A stretch of DNA of 64,000 bases from Lepidodermella squamata (GCA_047495785.1 JBLDXI010000019.1:3100001-3164000); one strand, 5' to 3'; shown: positions 24,101-37,892, counted from the stretch's first letter. The notes: generated from the sequence alone by a model not told the origin. Numbers and translations: made by a program.

Positions 24101-27100
24101 TTTGAAAGTCGTGCATTTATCAATAATATTCTTTTAAAATAGCTCAGCTTTATTCAGATTTTCGGAAAATCGTCCAAATATTTACATTCGATTGAATCTT
24201 CTTCAGAATTTCCCTACAGCTTTGCGGAATCATTCCGGTGCTTTTATTGCCTTAATTTATATAGGATAGATTATAGAAAATATCATATGTACTATGTACC
24301 TATTAATGATGACGTTCCTGTTTTTTTTTAATTTTAAAAATAGACATTGATGAGTGCGCTCGCGATGCGCCGTGCACGAACGCGTTCTGCGAGAACACGG
24401 CCGGTTCGTACCAGTGCAACTGCAAGCCGGGCTATGCTAAAAACATGACACTGTCGCCTCATGACAACAACACGTGCCACGGTATGTTATAGTCACTTGA
24501 TTATGCAATTGTGCCCATCTAATATTACCTGTCTTTGATTCATAAAACAATTTTCTACCATTAAACTACAGAATTACTGAAATTTATAAACAATTAATTC
24601 GAAAACTTGGGTAATTATTTCGAATTCACAACATTCAGTTAATCGGTAGTTTGCGCGAATCGTTTTTTTTTACAGATTTTGATGTTTATGCTACAGATGA
24701 ATCCGACCCTGCTCAAGTCTAAGTGAGAATTCAATGTAGTTTAAACCGATTCGTTAACGTGGAAGCGCTTTAATAATTGTGAGGAAAATTTCGAAAATTC
24801 GAAGAAAATGGTGCTCATAGCTCTCAAAATCACGTTTCGGTACACCATTTCGCCGATCTCAATGTGCGCCTCTAACTCACTGCCTGCGAGTCAGCGTGCA
24901 ATATTTCAGCTTTTCGATATTAATGAGAATGCTGATATCACTGCTGAGCTGATTTCGTCCCTGTTTTTTGGCCGAACGCCAGCCGTAAAACGACGGCGGT
25001 TTGAAGTGACGCTATAATGAGGCCGAGGTTGAAGAGTAATGGCCACTCGTTTCGTAACTATTGAGCAATAAAAATCCGACAACCAAAAATGTGAGTAAAA
25101 CCTTCCGACTTGATTTTTCATATTTTCAAAAAATTACAGTTTAAAAGTGACTACTGGGATCGCCATAAATCTTTCACTAATAAAGTTCTGCCGGTTCAGT
25201 GGCCAAAATAGAGTGCCCCTATGGTGAAATCGAACTCGGGAAAATCGAGAAAAATCGATATTTTCATGTCGGGTGATATAAGTCACATTTTTGTTTGTCG
25301 GATGGAAAATGTCACACCCATTAAAAGTATAGGTTTATTAATCAATCTAATCAGTAATTACTGCTATCTAGGAAATTTTCAGTCGTAATTTTTGGATACC
25401 AGATTATCAGAATTTTTCTCAATTGATTTCTTTCATCTGAATAAGATTAGTCAGTAGTACTTCATGCAAGGCACGAATTTGATCCTACAAATGTTGTATT
25501 GCTTGTGAGCTCCAAATTTCGAATTTTCGCAATGAAAGAGCTACTAAAATGATTGAGCCCTTGGCCGACTGATAAATAAAATCGCAGTGACAGTTGCTTC
25601 CCCTATTGGTGCCAATTTGAGAAACTACTTCGCAGAGATCGGTTAGCTCTGAGCCCAAAATTGCTGTAGAAAGGGCGACGTTGGACTCGCAGTTATCAGT
25701 TGCTTGACAAAATGGACGAAACACAGTCAATTGGAAAGATTGACAGAATCTTCAGGGCAAACATGAGATCCTCTAATTTTTCGGAAATCTTCTCGGAATC
25801 GATTTCGTGTTTTTGAAAAATTGTAGTTCTGAGCGGAAAATTCGAGTAATTTCATGCAAGGTCTGTCACGCGTTCGTTTTTCACTTCTTTCCTATCCTCA
25901 AAAGCAACACCAGCTGCGTTGAATTTCGGCGATTCCTCGACAAATTGGTCGTTTGTTGCTTTATTCAATGGCAGTTAACGATTTCGTGGGTTTCATGGTT
26001 TGGTTGTATCGGCGACGCTCGCATTGCCTGAAATGAGCTCGGACGCCTTGAGCTTCGGCCAGCAAAGGCCTCAGTTCGATGATGATTGTTGAGGAAAGCA
26101 TTCGCGGCGACCCAGATAAAAGCCGATAGGCCTAAATCCCAAATCGCATTTTACGATCAAATTCGTAGATAAGGCCTAACACGACCCTAGATGAATTTAG
26201 GATTTGAAATTGAAATCAAGGCCTAGGTTTAGATATCTTCAGGTTTAGACATCGTAAGCTTCAATTTACTACAAACTAGTGAGACGGCGACGCTCTTGAG
26301 CGAGTTGATCAACCAGGGCCTTCTTAGCGGGCTTCGGATCATCGTCTTTTTTTCATTCGAAAGACGTGAGCTGTAAGGAAACAAGAAAAAACGACTTCGT
26401 GTCCTTGAATCAGTTGCTGGAAAAATTTAATAGAAATGGAATAAAAATCACTTACCTTACCGAGATGGGAATCGGTCAAAATCTTTGACCCAGGCCCGGG
26501 GTCGGAGAGCTTTGGCCCGAAAAAGAGCCGACCGACGTATTAGGGAAATTTGAATTTAATGTTTCCACATAAATATTCGAGTTGGAATTTGGAAATATTT
26601 GAATTTCATCACTGCGAGATACTCTTTTAATTATTGTTTCTTGTGTTTTTCTTCGTAGACATTGACGAGTGTTTGACCAGCAATTTTGAATGCGCTGCCA
26701 ATTTGACGTGCTTCAACGCGATCGGGTCCTACGCATGTGTGCCCGTCTGCCCGATCGGCTTTCAACGACATGAGAGATACGGCTGCATCGGTAAGCATCA
26801 ATTCGTTTCCTTCCTTGTTTTTATATAAAATCTTGAAAAATTCGAATTAAAAAAATCGGGAAAATATTCAACAATTATTTTTTCATTTGAAATGTTTTTG
26901 AAGAGAACATTTTTGCTATCATTGTTGAATTGATAAATTCTTTACCCTCTCGCAATTGGATTATTTTATAATTTTTCTGATATTTTTGACCCATCGAGTT
27001 TTTATTAGCACCTAATTGAAACCAATCCTTAATTAATTTTTTGTATAATATACCTAAATGTTTTGTTTAACATCGCTATTTTTTGTGTTTCCGTTTTTAG

Positions 27101-30100
27101 ACATCAACGAGTGCTCGATGGCCGGCCTGAACAATTGCTCACATTACTGCCACAACGAGCGCGGCAATTACTCGTGCTCGTGCCCGATGATGTACTCGTT
27201 GGGACCCGATCAAGTCACTTGTTTATGTAAGCCAGCTTCATACGTTTCAACATTTTCTGCCGTGAAAGTAAAAAGAAAACCGGCTAGAAGAGTTTTATCC
27301 CCTGCATTTCTATATTCTGAATGCAAGTTGCTCATTCAAAAGTTGGTCTAGTGGCGAATATTTTTAGACACTAGCACTACCGAATTTCAACACTCGGCCC
27401 AAATTATGCACAAATTTTGACAAAATTTGCTGAATTTTACTACAATTTTTCTATGTATGATGATTCATCAAAAAATTCCGATTTTTTGAAAACGCTGCTG
27501 AACCCTTATTGATTGGTCTGTTTTTAAATCAGCGGATTCAAAGAAAATCAGGAGAATAATAAAACAGAGGCTACTACTAGATTCAGCTAAACCTTGAAAA
27601 ATTGCGAAACAAATTTCTTTGCGAATTTTGAAGTTCGGAAAATTTGAAGAGCTGACTTCACTTTGAAAAGTCGACGAAATTTTTTAAATCTATGCTGTTA
27701 ATTATGGAATTCTTATTCAGTTTATACCGTTTTTTATACTGATTTTTTACCCGTTTGTTCCCTGTCTATAATCAAGATGTTACCCGGAAAAGTGAGCCCC
27801 GTTTTTAATTTACCTTCAAATTTTAACGCTTCACCTATAATTTTTCTTTACATGTTACATCGTGGGTGCTTATATTATTTCCCGCTTATATTTATATAAT
27901 TTTTAAGCTGACTTTATTCCTCATTTCCGCAATTTTCTCCGGCTTTGCTTTTTTAATTCAAAATTTCACACATGTTAATTGATCTCGGAAAATTTGGATA
28001 AATATTTGTAAAAACAATTTAGAATTTTTTTAATTTTTTCTTTAATTTGTTTGCACAGATGGCTACCTGGGCGATGAAGTGATAATTCTGCTCATCATCG
28101 CGCTGTCCATCGCCAGTTTCATCGCCATCATCTGCGTGTGCATGTGCGCGAGCCGGCTGTTCCAGGCGCGGAGTCACCGCCGCCACGGCTACCGCTACGC
28201 CGCCTCCGCCTCGCCCAACGCCTCGTCGACGGCCTCGTCATCAGGCGGCGCATCCGCCATATCATACACCCAGCCACACAACAGCAAAAAAATCATTGTC
28301 AAAAATCACGCATCGATGAAAAAACCGTCGAATTTACTACTGACGAGGTGTAACGTTAATTGCACGAGTGATAAAGGCTTCACGATTTCACCGCGGTCCA
28401 CGCCGATGGATAACTCGCAGGGCTCGACGCAGTACTCGTTGAATTCGAGCGACAACGACTACGCGCCTGAGTACCCGAGCCAGATTGCGCACAATTTACC
28501 GCAGATTTTGATAAAAAATGATCATTTGAGTCACGATAATAACAACTGCGACTGCCGAGCGTATGCCCATGGCGGGGCGACGCTACGGCGCGGTAATCAG
28601 CACCACCACCACAACCAACAACCCATCACCTCAATTCACTACAACACGTTGTATCAAAAACCGGCGATTAGCAACAGTGGGACGTTGAAATCGAATCGGG
28701 TTCAAATCCCAGTTTTACCACCAGCGTTGGTCGTGTCGAATTACGACAATGAGGAGGAGGGCGATAATGATAATAATGACGACCCAACTGCGTATTTAAG
28801 TAATCGGCTGAGCCAGAGCAGTAGTGTCCACGATCGGTTTATTTCTGGCTCGTCGCTCGGCCGGTTCAGTAATAGCAATAGTCAGGTGCCGGCGAGCAGT
28901 AGAATCGGCGGGCCGCAGCAGCAGCCGTTGGTGCATCATCAGCATTTTCCGACGACGAATTTTGTCATTCCATCGACGCCGGATAACTTGTCACGAAGGT
29001 TTGTCGAGAGGAAATTGAAGAAGAATAATTTAATCATTCGGCAAATTGACTTCACAATTTGAACTTGTAGCCCCACAGTTTTGCTAGTTTTTACCCTTTT
29101 ATCTGTTTTCCACTCAATAATTACGAGAGAAATATTTTATTAGAGTAGTTTGGATATTTCAATTTCGCGAAATTTCAAAACTTATTTAGTGGCCTTTAAT
29201 TCTAGGAATTCAAAGAATTTTCTGGTTTTTTTCTTGCGAAAATTTGATATTATTTAATGAACTAAAAATATTAAAATTATTAAATTATTGTGAATTCATA
29301 GATATATATTTTCATTAAATTGACCTACGAGTTGAAGTGCGGGAAATTAAAATTCGGAAATTAATCGGGAAATATCGAAAAATGTATTTTTCACCCTGAA
29401 CCCGTGAATTTAGGGTTCCAACTCTAACTTGGGAATAGATTCCCAAAGCTTTGCTTATTCAAAGTCCACTCCTCACTGGAGTGTCAATTTTTTTATAATT
29501 CCTAACCGATAAATACGCTTGCGGTTTGCGAATTTTACTTTACTTTTACTTTACAGTCTGCAGAACCGATATCGATTTCAGCTATCGGTTTTAGAAATCA
29601 GTGATTATTTCGATATCTAACCACCTGGAAGCCAACATTAATGATCTTTCTTCATGACCTGGGCGTCTTCGTATGTAGCTTAAAATACAAAATCTCAGGT
29701 TCCGGGATGGCACTGGTGTCGATGAAGAATCGGCGAAATCGCGAATAATGGGAAAATGGGAATAGTGCTGGAACCTGATTTTGAGCCGTGAAAATATATA
29801 GACCCATATTTTAGGGGAACCAATATACCAATGGCGGATCCTAATATCAAAACTTGAATCTGTATCAAGATAAATTTTTGAAGAATTTTTAAAATCCTGC
29901 TCTGAGCTTACTAATCATGAAATTCCCGATAATTTGAATTAATAGACGAATCTCAAATTATTAGCTATTCGGTTCCGATGAAAATTAAAAGTAAGATTCT
30001 GTTCTTTGGTGAATTTCTCTCCGTTATTTGCTCAACTTGGGAAAATATTTCAAGATTTTCAATGAATCTTTATTGGTTTTTTTTTATTTTTTTATTTTCA

Positions 30101-30201
30101 TTTGTAGGCCCGTTTTGTTGCCCCGCTACGCGTGTACGGACGACGAGAGTCCAATCGTGGCGCTGCTAGACGACGACGAGCCGAACACTGGGCTCCTGTG
30201 A
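21142..30201 (+). CDS. Type I membrane protein: signal peptide, EMI-like domain, six Ca-binding EGF repeats, TM, long Ser/Asn/His-rich tail
   Basis: Exons ~21142-21203, 21562-21842, 22741-23192, 24344-24481, 26659-26790, 27101-27226, 28059-28998 and 30108-30201. D(I/V/M)(D/N)EC...C.N..GSY.C.C repeats, QVCCDGY, and TM IILLIIALSIASFIAIICVCMC. Confidence 0.88.
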
Positions 30202-31186
30202 CAAGTTGGCATCCATCTTCTATTCAGTATTTCCCCAAATTATTCCGAGATGATGATGATGATGAAAAATTCCTTGTTCTACTCAACAATAAATCTTACC
30301 GCATATACTTATCGTAATTATTATTGTAAATTTCACCGTTTTTTCGCACTTTTTTCGACTCGTGTTTTGTTGATCAAGCAGCGATAAAAAATATTGACAA
30401 GAGATGTGTTTGATGGCGATAATTGACCGAAATTACCTGTGTGAACAAAATAATTTTTCTGTTTCAATTTTGCGCCATGCGCTTTTTATACGGATATATG
30501 TAGATTGATAACGACAACGGCGATAAAAAATGACCCGCTTCTTCTTCTTCTTCTTCTCAGTTACATCCGGCTGCGCTTGATAAATAATAATTAATAATAA
30601 TAATAAATGAATTATTATAATAATTTAATTGTTAGCTATATCGAAATTCCGACCCCGTTGTACTACTTATATGAAAAGTCTTAGTTGAAATTATTGACAG
30701 TTTTGTTTCATTTTGTTGGGTATGATTTTGCGTTCCGTTATTTAGAACGAGTCGAAAAAATTCAGTCGTGAATAATTATTCAATTTTTTTGTTGCTAATT
30801 ATTTTCTAGAAAGTATGCATATAATAAGACTGAGGTATGATGATCGATGATTATTATTGTTTTTACACTATGAATAGTATTAATTTCGACTGAGATCGCG
30901 GCAGCGTGTGAGAGGTCATGCGCGTCTTATTGTGGCAAAAGTATAATTATCATTCTTAAAAAATAGATTGAAATTAGTTATTTCGAACACGATTGCGAAT
31001 TGTGATGAGAGTTTGACATCAATAAAAATGACAAAACATGAACAAGATCGTCTTCTCTGTTGTCGTTCGTGAAGTTCCTTCAAGAAAATATCCCGGAAAC
31101 CGGTGGTTTCGATAATGGATTTCGATAGTTTGGCCGGAAAAGTAACATTGTCGCCGATTTTATATCACATTTTTTCAGGATGCAAA

Positions 31187-31515
31187 CTTTCATACATATT
31201 TATATATGACAAAATCGCCTTTCATACATATTTTTTCATTTAATTCGAGCTGGAAGCGTAATAAAAATGATAGCGGACTAGTTTTCAGTTTTTAAAAACA
31301 ACACACGGGGTTCCGAAAACCTAGCCAATTTTTTTCCGCTTGAAATAGTTATTGGCGAAGTGCAAGGGCCCTAAAATCGAACTTTGAGAAAACTTGAAAA
31401 TCGACCTAAGCCTAACCGTAACCGTAACTCTTATTCGCGGTTTTCGTGAAAAGCACTATTTTATGAAAAAATATGTATGAAAGGTGATTTTGTCATACAT
31501 AAACTTGTATGAAAG
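31187..31515. mobile_element. Inverted-repeat element (~53-bp arms) with an internal CCTAAC-like tract
   Basis: ctttcatacata..tatgacaaaatcgcctttcatacatattttttcat matches its reverse complement at 31463-31515. Confidence 0.65.
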
Positions 31516-31760
31516 GTAACAATTATTATGTAAAAAATAACTCTTCGTTTATTTTTGCTTTCTTCCAATGTTAAGTCACTGGGTTATAAGCTAAAGCAGA
31601 CATTTCTCAGAATTCGAAAAAGTAGTCTCTAGTTTAGATCGATAGGATTTACCGGCTGATTGATTTTCGATTTTTTGGGCGTAATCTCGGAATTTTGGGA
31701 TTGGAATTTTGGGAAGTTCTTCAAATATAACTAAATTTTGGCGATTCAATTAGCCAGCGT

Positions 31761-32055
31761 GGGGAACACTAGCCTAGTGGATAGGGAAGCTAGCCTATGT
31801 GCATGAGGCCGTGGGTTCAACGCCCGCTGAGGTCGCCCGACGGTGGTTTAGCAATCCACTGGTGAGTAAAAAGATCGAGTTCAAATCGAAAAAATTGCTC
31901 GAGGCTCTCTGGGGCTAGAAATACGGGATGTATGCTCTAGAAGAGGGCGTAGGGTTCTTGTGTCGTGGCCCAGGATAGCGTCGTGGGGTCGCGGTCCTCC
32001 CTCAACACTGGCGTCGTCATAGACAATAATGTTACAGATCGGACACTCACACACT
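31761..32055 (+). mobile_element. tRNA-derived SINE-like element
   Basis: A box TAGCCTAGTGG and B box GGTTCAACGCC with an intact T-stem but no acceptor stem, followed by a GC-rich body and a CA-rich tail. Confidence 0.65.
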
Positions 32056-32531
32056 TCGCAGACTTCGCATTGAAATTTAATTATGAACTTTGTACCGTGG
32101 ATCGGCCATTATAAATTTGGCCGAAAAAAAGCATATCTTATAAATTCTTGGAAAACATATCAAAAAATCAGGCATTTTTTGACGGTCATAATGGACCAAA
32201 CCCTGTCGCGCGAATCGGCTTCGTTATCGGGAAAATCAATATCGAAAAATCGATTATTTGCACCATGCAAAACTGTGTTGCGTAATTATGACTCATTACT
32301 CACTCGAAGAAAAAACAAGCTGTGAGCAATTTTAATGTAAATGCTTATCAACAGCACACTTGAAATTCAACCCCTTTAGCACGAGCCACGGGCTCAGAGG
32401 GCATTTTTCAAATATTATCGGTTAAAAGTTAAAGTTTTCGGTTCAAAATCTTTCTTTAGAAATGCCCCTTGATAACTCTATTCCCCTGTTACTGCTATTT
32501 TTAATTTTCCTTCGATTTCTTTCTATTTTAG

Positions 32532-33451
32532 GAAGGAGCATGCGGCTCGTTAAAGTTTGATACCCATGGATGATTGCCGTTAGTTTGAATCCTCCTTAAT
32601 TTAAAAACCAGTGAAATTTCATATTTTTGGCTATAAGTTTTCGACATTTTTTCTAGGCTTTAAAACCCGAGAAATTCGCCTAATAATTCCAGCCTACAAT
32701 AATGAATGTAGCATTTTAAATTAATACCTTACATAATTTTTAAATACGAATATTTATTTTATAGTCGGAAATAGTTTTATGTTTTATACAATATTCAAGA
32801 ATTATTTCAAAATTAATAAAAATTACGGAACAATTTTAAAATAAATTTATAGTGAATTTTATAAAAAAATGAGCAGATCGAATTGAGAAATTATTACGAA
32901 ATTCATTAGAACCCAAATCATATTATATCGAAATAATTTGTGCACCCTGTCAACAATTGCCATTTTAACATTGAATTTTGTTTCATGATTTTTCTTTTCT
33001 ATTTTAAGGTTGCAGAGCCCCAGACTTCAATGACTGGGATTAAGTTGAAGCCCAAGATGAATCGCTTCAGGAAGGCATGCAAGTCTTGTAATGTCGCGTA
33101 ATTAAAGGCTTCAGCTTTCGAACCCACGATGGCAGGATATGGTAAGAAGAAGGAATTTCGGAGAAAGTTCTGCTAATTTCTTTTCATCTTAGTCTGACTC
33201 GCCCATCATGGGTGACCTATCGTTTCGTTAATTAAAACTCGGCGATCAATCATCGGCGAAAATCTGGACCACCTTATAGCGCCAATTCGAATGCGCCAAT
33301 TCGATATGAAACAGCCGACGAAAAGACGGAAAGCAGCTCAAAATCAGAACATGTAGCCTCTTTGAAAATATTTACAATAATTGCTGTGGGATTTAATTTC
33401 ATTCCATTTTTTCTAACTCGCTTTTAATGCTCGAAAATGTGTAATAATAAA
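32532..33451 (+). other. Candidate spliced transcript with only short ORFs (lncRNA or micropeptide)
   Basis: Exon-like islands 32532-32578, 33009-33141 and 33193-~33451 have good acceptors and donors in AT-rich DNA, with AATAAA at ~33446. Confidence 0.4.
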
Positions 33452-33801
33452 CAAGTAAAAATGGTGCCAACTGTGTGTGTGTGTGTTTTAAGAGGAAAGA
33501 AACATGTGGCCACGCGAAAAAAATGAAATAAGGACTCAACAACTAAATTTTAATGCACATTTTTGTTTTTCAATTTAAAAATCAAAGGCATCGAATCGCG
33601 CGATGAGCCTTTTATCTTTGGAATCCTTGAAAGACGGAGATTCTTCCCTTGAAAATTTCAAAAATTTCGGAGATATGCTTCTTTTTCCACCTTTTAAATC
33701 ATGCATTCAAATTAGTGTGCAAATTTATGGTTTAACGACAACAGGCAAGTGCGTGAGCGGAGGAATCAAGAAAGTCGTCAATTCCATTTTTCACATGTCT
33801 A

Positions 33802-34998
33802 CCGTAACGGGTCCTAACTTTGGACAAAACACCTTTTTTAATTTTAAAAAATTCGGTTTTCGTCTAAAAAAATGGAAAAAAATATCCAAACCTCCGCCCA
33901 AGGAAGCTGCGTGGACAGGTGAAGTTTGGAAAATTTAGAAGCTCACCTTGATTTTAAAAAAATTGGTAAAGAAACCTCTAAATTTGGACACTCGTTCCCA
34001 AATTTGGACACCTCATTTGCATATGCTAATTCGACCTTACACACATTTTATTTCTTGTTGCGCAATTTTTCTCGTGTTTTTAAAGGCGACTTTTGTAGCC
34101 GCGCGCTTGAGACTAAAATAATGCTACCGATAGGATTCACTCATCGTCAGATTTAATGCAGATGTACGCAATACCAATTATACACCAGGATCTTAATACC
34201 GTTAATGAACCATGAATCTTCTCGAAACTATGATAAACCAGGTGAAAATGTCTCTGAAGCACCGAGTCTCATTTAGAAAGTAGACGGAGGGATATCAGTT
34301 TGAGGTTAAACCATGGGTTGAGGTTTGAATGAGTCGTGAAGTTTCTTTATCGCTGAACTATTGACATTTTTTACCGAAAGTGAACTGTCATTTGTCCCAT
34401 GGTACGTGCTGTTCACCTGTTTAATTAAAGCTGGCGCCGTCGGATTTGTATTCGGATACATTATTATTCCCTATGCTCTCTAGCCAAAACCATGAAAGCA
34501 TAGCCTAGGCCGGGAGTCATTAAGCTAATTCCAAGGTTCTATCAATGCGATGCCATTCTTTTCAAAAACTGACAAAAAGCATACATTTCGTTTGCATATG
34601 CATAGAGATAAAAATATCATTAAAAGTGTCCAAATTTAGAGGCTAAATTCAAAGTCACCTGTATCAAAATTGGCTTGTCCTTCTGCCGAGATTTTTTTAC
34701 AGAATTTAGTTTAGGTAAATCCCCATTTGCAAAAAAAATTTCAGCCCCAACCGTTCACAGGTGAGCATTTGGCAAGGGGGGTCCCAAAACACCTTTCTGA
34801 GTGATCAAGCTTCGGCGATTTTTCGCAAATCGATAGTACATGAAAGTATTGGCAAATTTGGTACCGTTGGGAAGCCCACGAAGGGAGCTATTTTTCAGTG
34901 AAATTTCTAAACTTTTATCAGTTATGCACAAATTGATATTTGGGGCTAAAGCTCAAAGTGTCCAAATTTGGGGTGTCCAAATTTAGGGCGCGTTACGG
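33802..34998. mobile_element. Non-autonomous Tc1/mariner (pogo/Tc2-like) DNA transposon
   Basis: TA-CCGTAACGGGTCCTAACTTTGGACA ... TGTCCAAATTTAGGGCGCGTTACGG-TA, with subterminal AAATTTGGACAC repeats in both orientations. Confidence 0.8.
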
Positions 34999-35956
34999 TA
35001 TGTTTCTATACCCACAATCAAATTTATTACGAATGCGTCACTGTTTCGGCCTGGTCGAGTCTGAAGTCGACCTGTCGCATTCTGAACCAACAATTACTCT
35101 TGGCTTTTTGCGGTTACTAGCATTCCACTACAGGGTTTGGACTTGTTTCGGTTTGAAATTTGAAACTTTTGTTTTCATTCACCAAACGCATATAATTCCG
35201 TCGTCTTGAAAAAGAAACACAATCTGGCCAATTAGTCTGCTGGATGACGGCAATAGCCAACGCAAAATGCCTATTCCTAAACTGACTCAATTATTAGCCG
35301 CGGTAACCTGATCACCGGACGGCTGCTAAGATTGTTACTGGCGGGGAACTATCTCGCAGTTGAAAAATTCAAAAATTTCACGCAAGGTAATTATTCGCCC
35401 TCGATATTGCATGCGTGATTGCAGTGAAGGATCAGCGCTGCAGTTAAATGACGTGGGATGGCAAGGACGAGCTGGAGCAATTGGCAATTAACTAAAAAAA
35501 GCGTAAAACCCAGCCTCCATGCGAACGTTACGCTCCTCGGGTTCGCAGGCGTAATGTGACGAGGGCAATAACATGCTTCAAGAAGGCTTCAAGACCTCCG
35601 CATTCCTTGTTTACGAAAAGCTATCGCGCTAATTCTGAGGCCAGGCGTATTCTGTTACTCTCCTGGCTTGAAGCCTTTAAAAGCCAGAGCATCCCACCTT
35701 GCTAAGTTATTTCAAACATGATCCATCCGATATTCTGCTTTGAAACTATGATGCTTTGGGCTTTGCGATGATTTGCTTTCATGACTTCTCCGTGTGGAAA
35801 ACTTCAGACATAGCTAGTGTTATCTTTAAGATGCGATCATTTGAGTGTGTGAGGCTTGAAAAACTGAACAGACTTTTCAGATTGTTCACGCCTCGCAAAC
35901 CAAAAGATGGCGTTGAATTCTAGATCTGAATTTTAGTGAAGTATAGGGTATAGTCA

Positions 35957-36258
35957 CATTGTGCTTGAGGTTGTAAGTTGAAAAAAATCCGCACGCTGAT
36001 TGGTCAGTTGCCCCGTATCCATGACTCCGCCTTGCTACTTGATCGTGCGATCCATAAAATGTTTGTAAAAAATACTTATTTTATGAATGGTTTTACGCAT
36101 TTGTTGGAAACGCGTGCTAAGATACGGCCTTCATAAAAATAATAAAAGCGAATAATTATATGGATCGCACGATAAAGTAGCAAGGCGGAGTCATGGATAT
36201 GGGGCAACTGACCAATCAGCGTGCGGATTTTTTTCAACTTACAACCTCAAGCACAATG
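35957..36258. mobile_element. Foldback MITE with ~100-bp inverted arms
   Basis: CATTGTGCTTGAGGTTGTAAGTTG...GATCCATA and its near-perfect reverse complement, flanked by CA on both sides. Confidence 0.85.
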
Positions 36259-36873
36259 CAGCCTTCCCCGGCAATGATTTGACTCCTTATCAACTGACAG
36301 TTTTGTCCTAATTGAGTCCCAAAAAGCGCGTTCGGGCTTACACTTTTATTTTTCCTAAAAATTACCGATGCGAGAGAATTCGCGCCAGCTTTTATCTTTT
36401 CAAAATACTGCGCCCCCAAGTCGCTCATCTAGTTCAACTGATACCAGATTAGTGACTTCGGGACTGTATCTATCAAATTTCTCCAACTTTCATAAGGATC
36501 CTACGTGCCCTCAATAGGTTGAGGCCAAATCGGGCTTTCAAGGTTGAGTTCATATGGCACTCCCTGAAACTACGTTGTAATGCCATTCCGTGTTGCGCGT
36601 CAAAGCGTATTATCATCAACTTGGTGCTCATCTGTCGAAAACGATCAATTAGATTAGACAGTACAGAAACTTGATCGCCAGATCACGCATTTTCATATAT
36701 ATAATCAGCAAAAAATACTGTGCTAATTAGCGTTATCTTCTCAGCGTGAGAACGAGTCATACCCTAACATTTTCGCTATAAACATGAAGTTCTTTTCTCT
36801 TCTAAAAATAATGAACGACGATGATAGACCTGTTTCATGGTTAGTACCTTCAGCATCACTAGGATTGTTCAAA

Positions 36874-37892
36874 ATGAAGCATTTTCTGCAACGGATTTTG
36901 GTTGCCGTCATGCTGCTCGTGCCTTCCATCTTCGCTTCAGAAACAGATCGGTTCGACTGTGCCCATTCGAATGACCCTCTTTGCGATCAAAACAACCCAA
37001 ATCCTGCGTCCATACTTGCAGAAAAGACGGCGCTAGTGAAGCAAGTTATCGAGGAGCAGATGATGAGAGAGTTCATTAAAGGCGGCTGTCCCAAGTCCTT
37101 CACTCCTGAGATGTGCAATCAACCTGCTACATTCTTCATCTGGCTGCGAGAACTGCGCGAACAGGAGCTTTACAATGAAATCAAACGAAGTGAGTTATCG
37201 TAGAAATTGCATAGTTGGTAAGAATTAGGATCTCCTTCTCACATGCCAGAAGCAAAGGAAAGGTTCCTCAGAATATGGTCTTTGGGTGGCTAGTGGCTGC
37301 AAGTTATTTGGTCCCTTAGAAAACATCTAGAACGAAAGAAAAGTCGTTGAATTAGATCAGAATAATCTCCCTTTATCTCTCCCTCTTTCTCACTCAACCC
37401 CCGCATTAAATTTGTTCACACTTTTTTACAGATGCAAAGCTGTCGATGGCTAAAGCCCTCACTCAATACTACGTCATGCAGCAGATGAAGCTGTCCGGAG
37501 TTCCAACATCATCCGAAAACAAATCCAGCGAGAATGAAGTTGATAACCCTAATTTCGAAACTGCTCCACAGTCTCGTCGCGCTATTGGCGTGATGAGAGT
37601 CTCAGATAACGTGCCTCATATCAAGAAATCGACTGCACCGCTCACAACTCATGCGCCAACAACGCAACTTCCGATACCTGAGTTCAAATACATGAATAAG
37701 CTCGTTAATAAGCTTCTAGCGGCTCGGTATCACGATCCAGTCTCACCGACCACGACAACGCCCGCGCTCAACTACCTCCCTATCTACCTGCCACCTATTT
37801 CGGGCGCTCTGCTGGCCGCTAAAGATCGGCTCAAGATCGGCCATCACCGTCAGCGTTATTTAGGAAGTTCTGATGCTCGTAAAAACCATTGA
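36874..37892 (+). CDS. Orphan secreted protein (258 aa), possible prepropeptide
   Basis: Exons 36874-37189 and 37432-37892 splice in frame (EIKR-N-AKLSM). Signal peptide MKHFLQRILVAVMLLVPSIFA, four N-terminal Cys, and KR/RR/KK sites. Confidence 0.7.

Noticed and set aside
31761-31840. Functional tRNA (possible GTG anticodon)
   Set aside because: The acceptor stem does not pair and the sequence continues into a SINE-like body.
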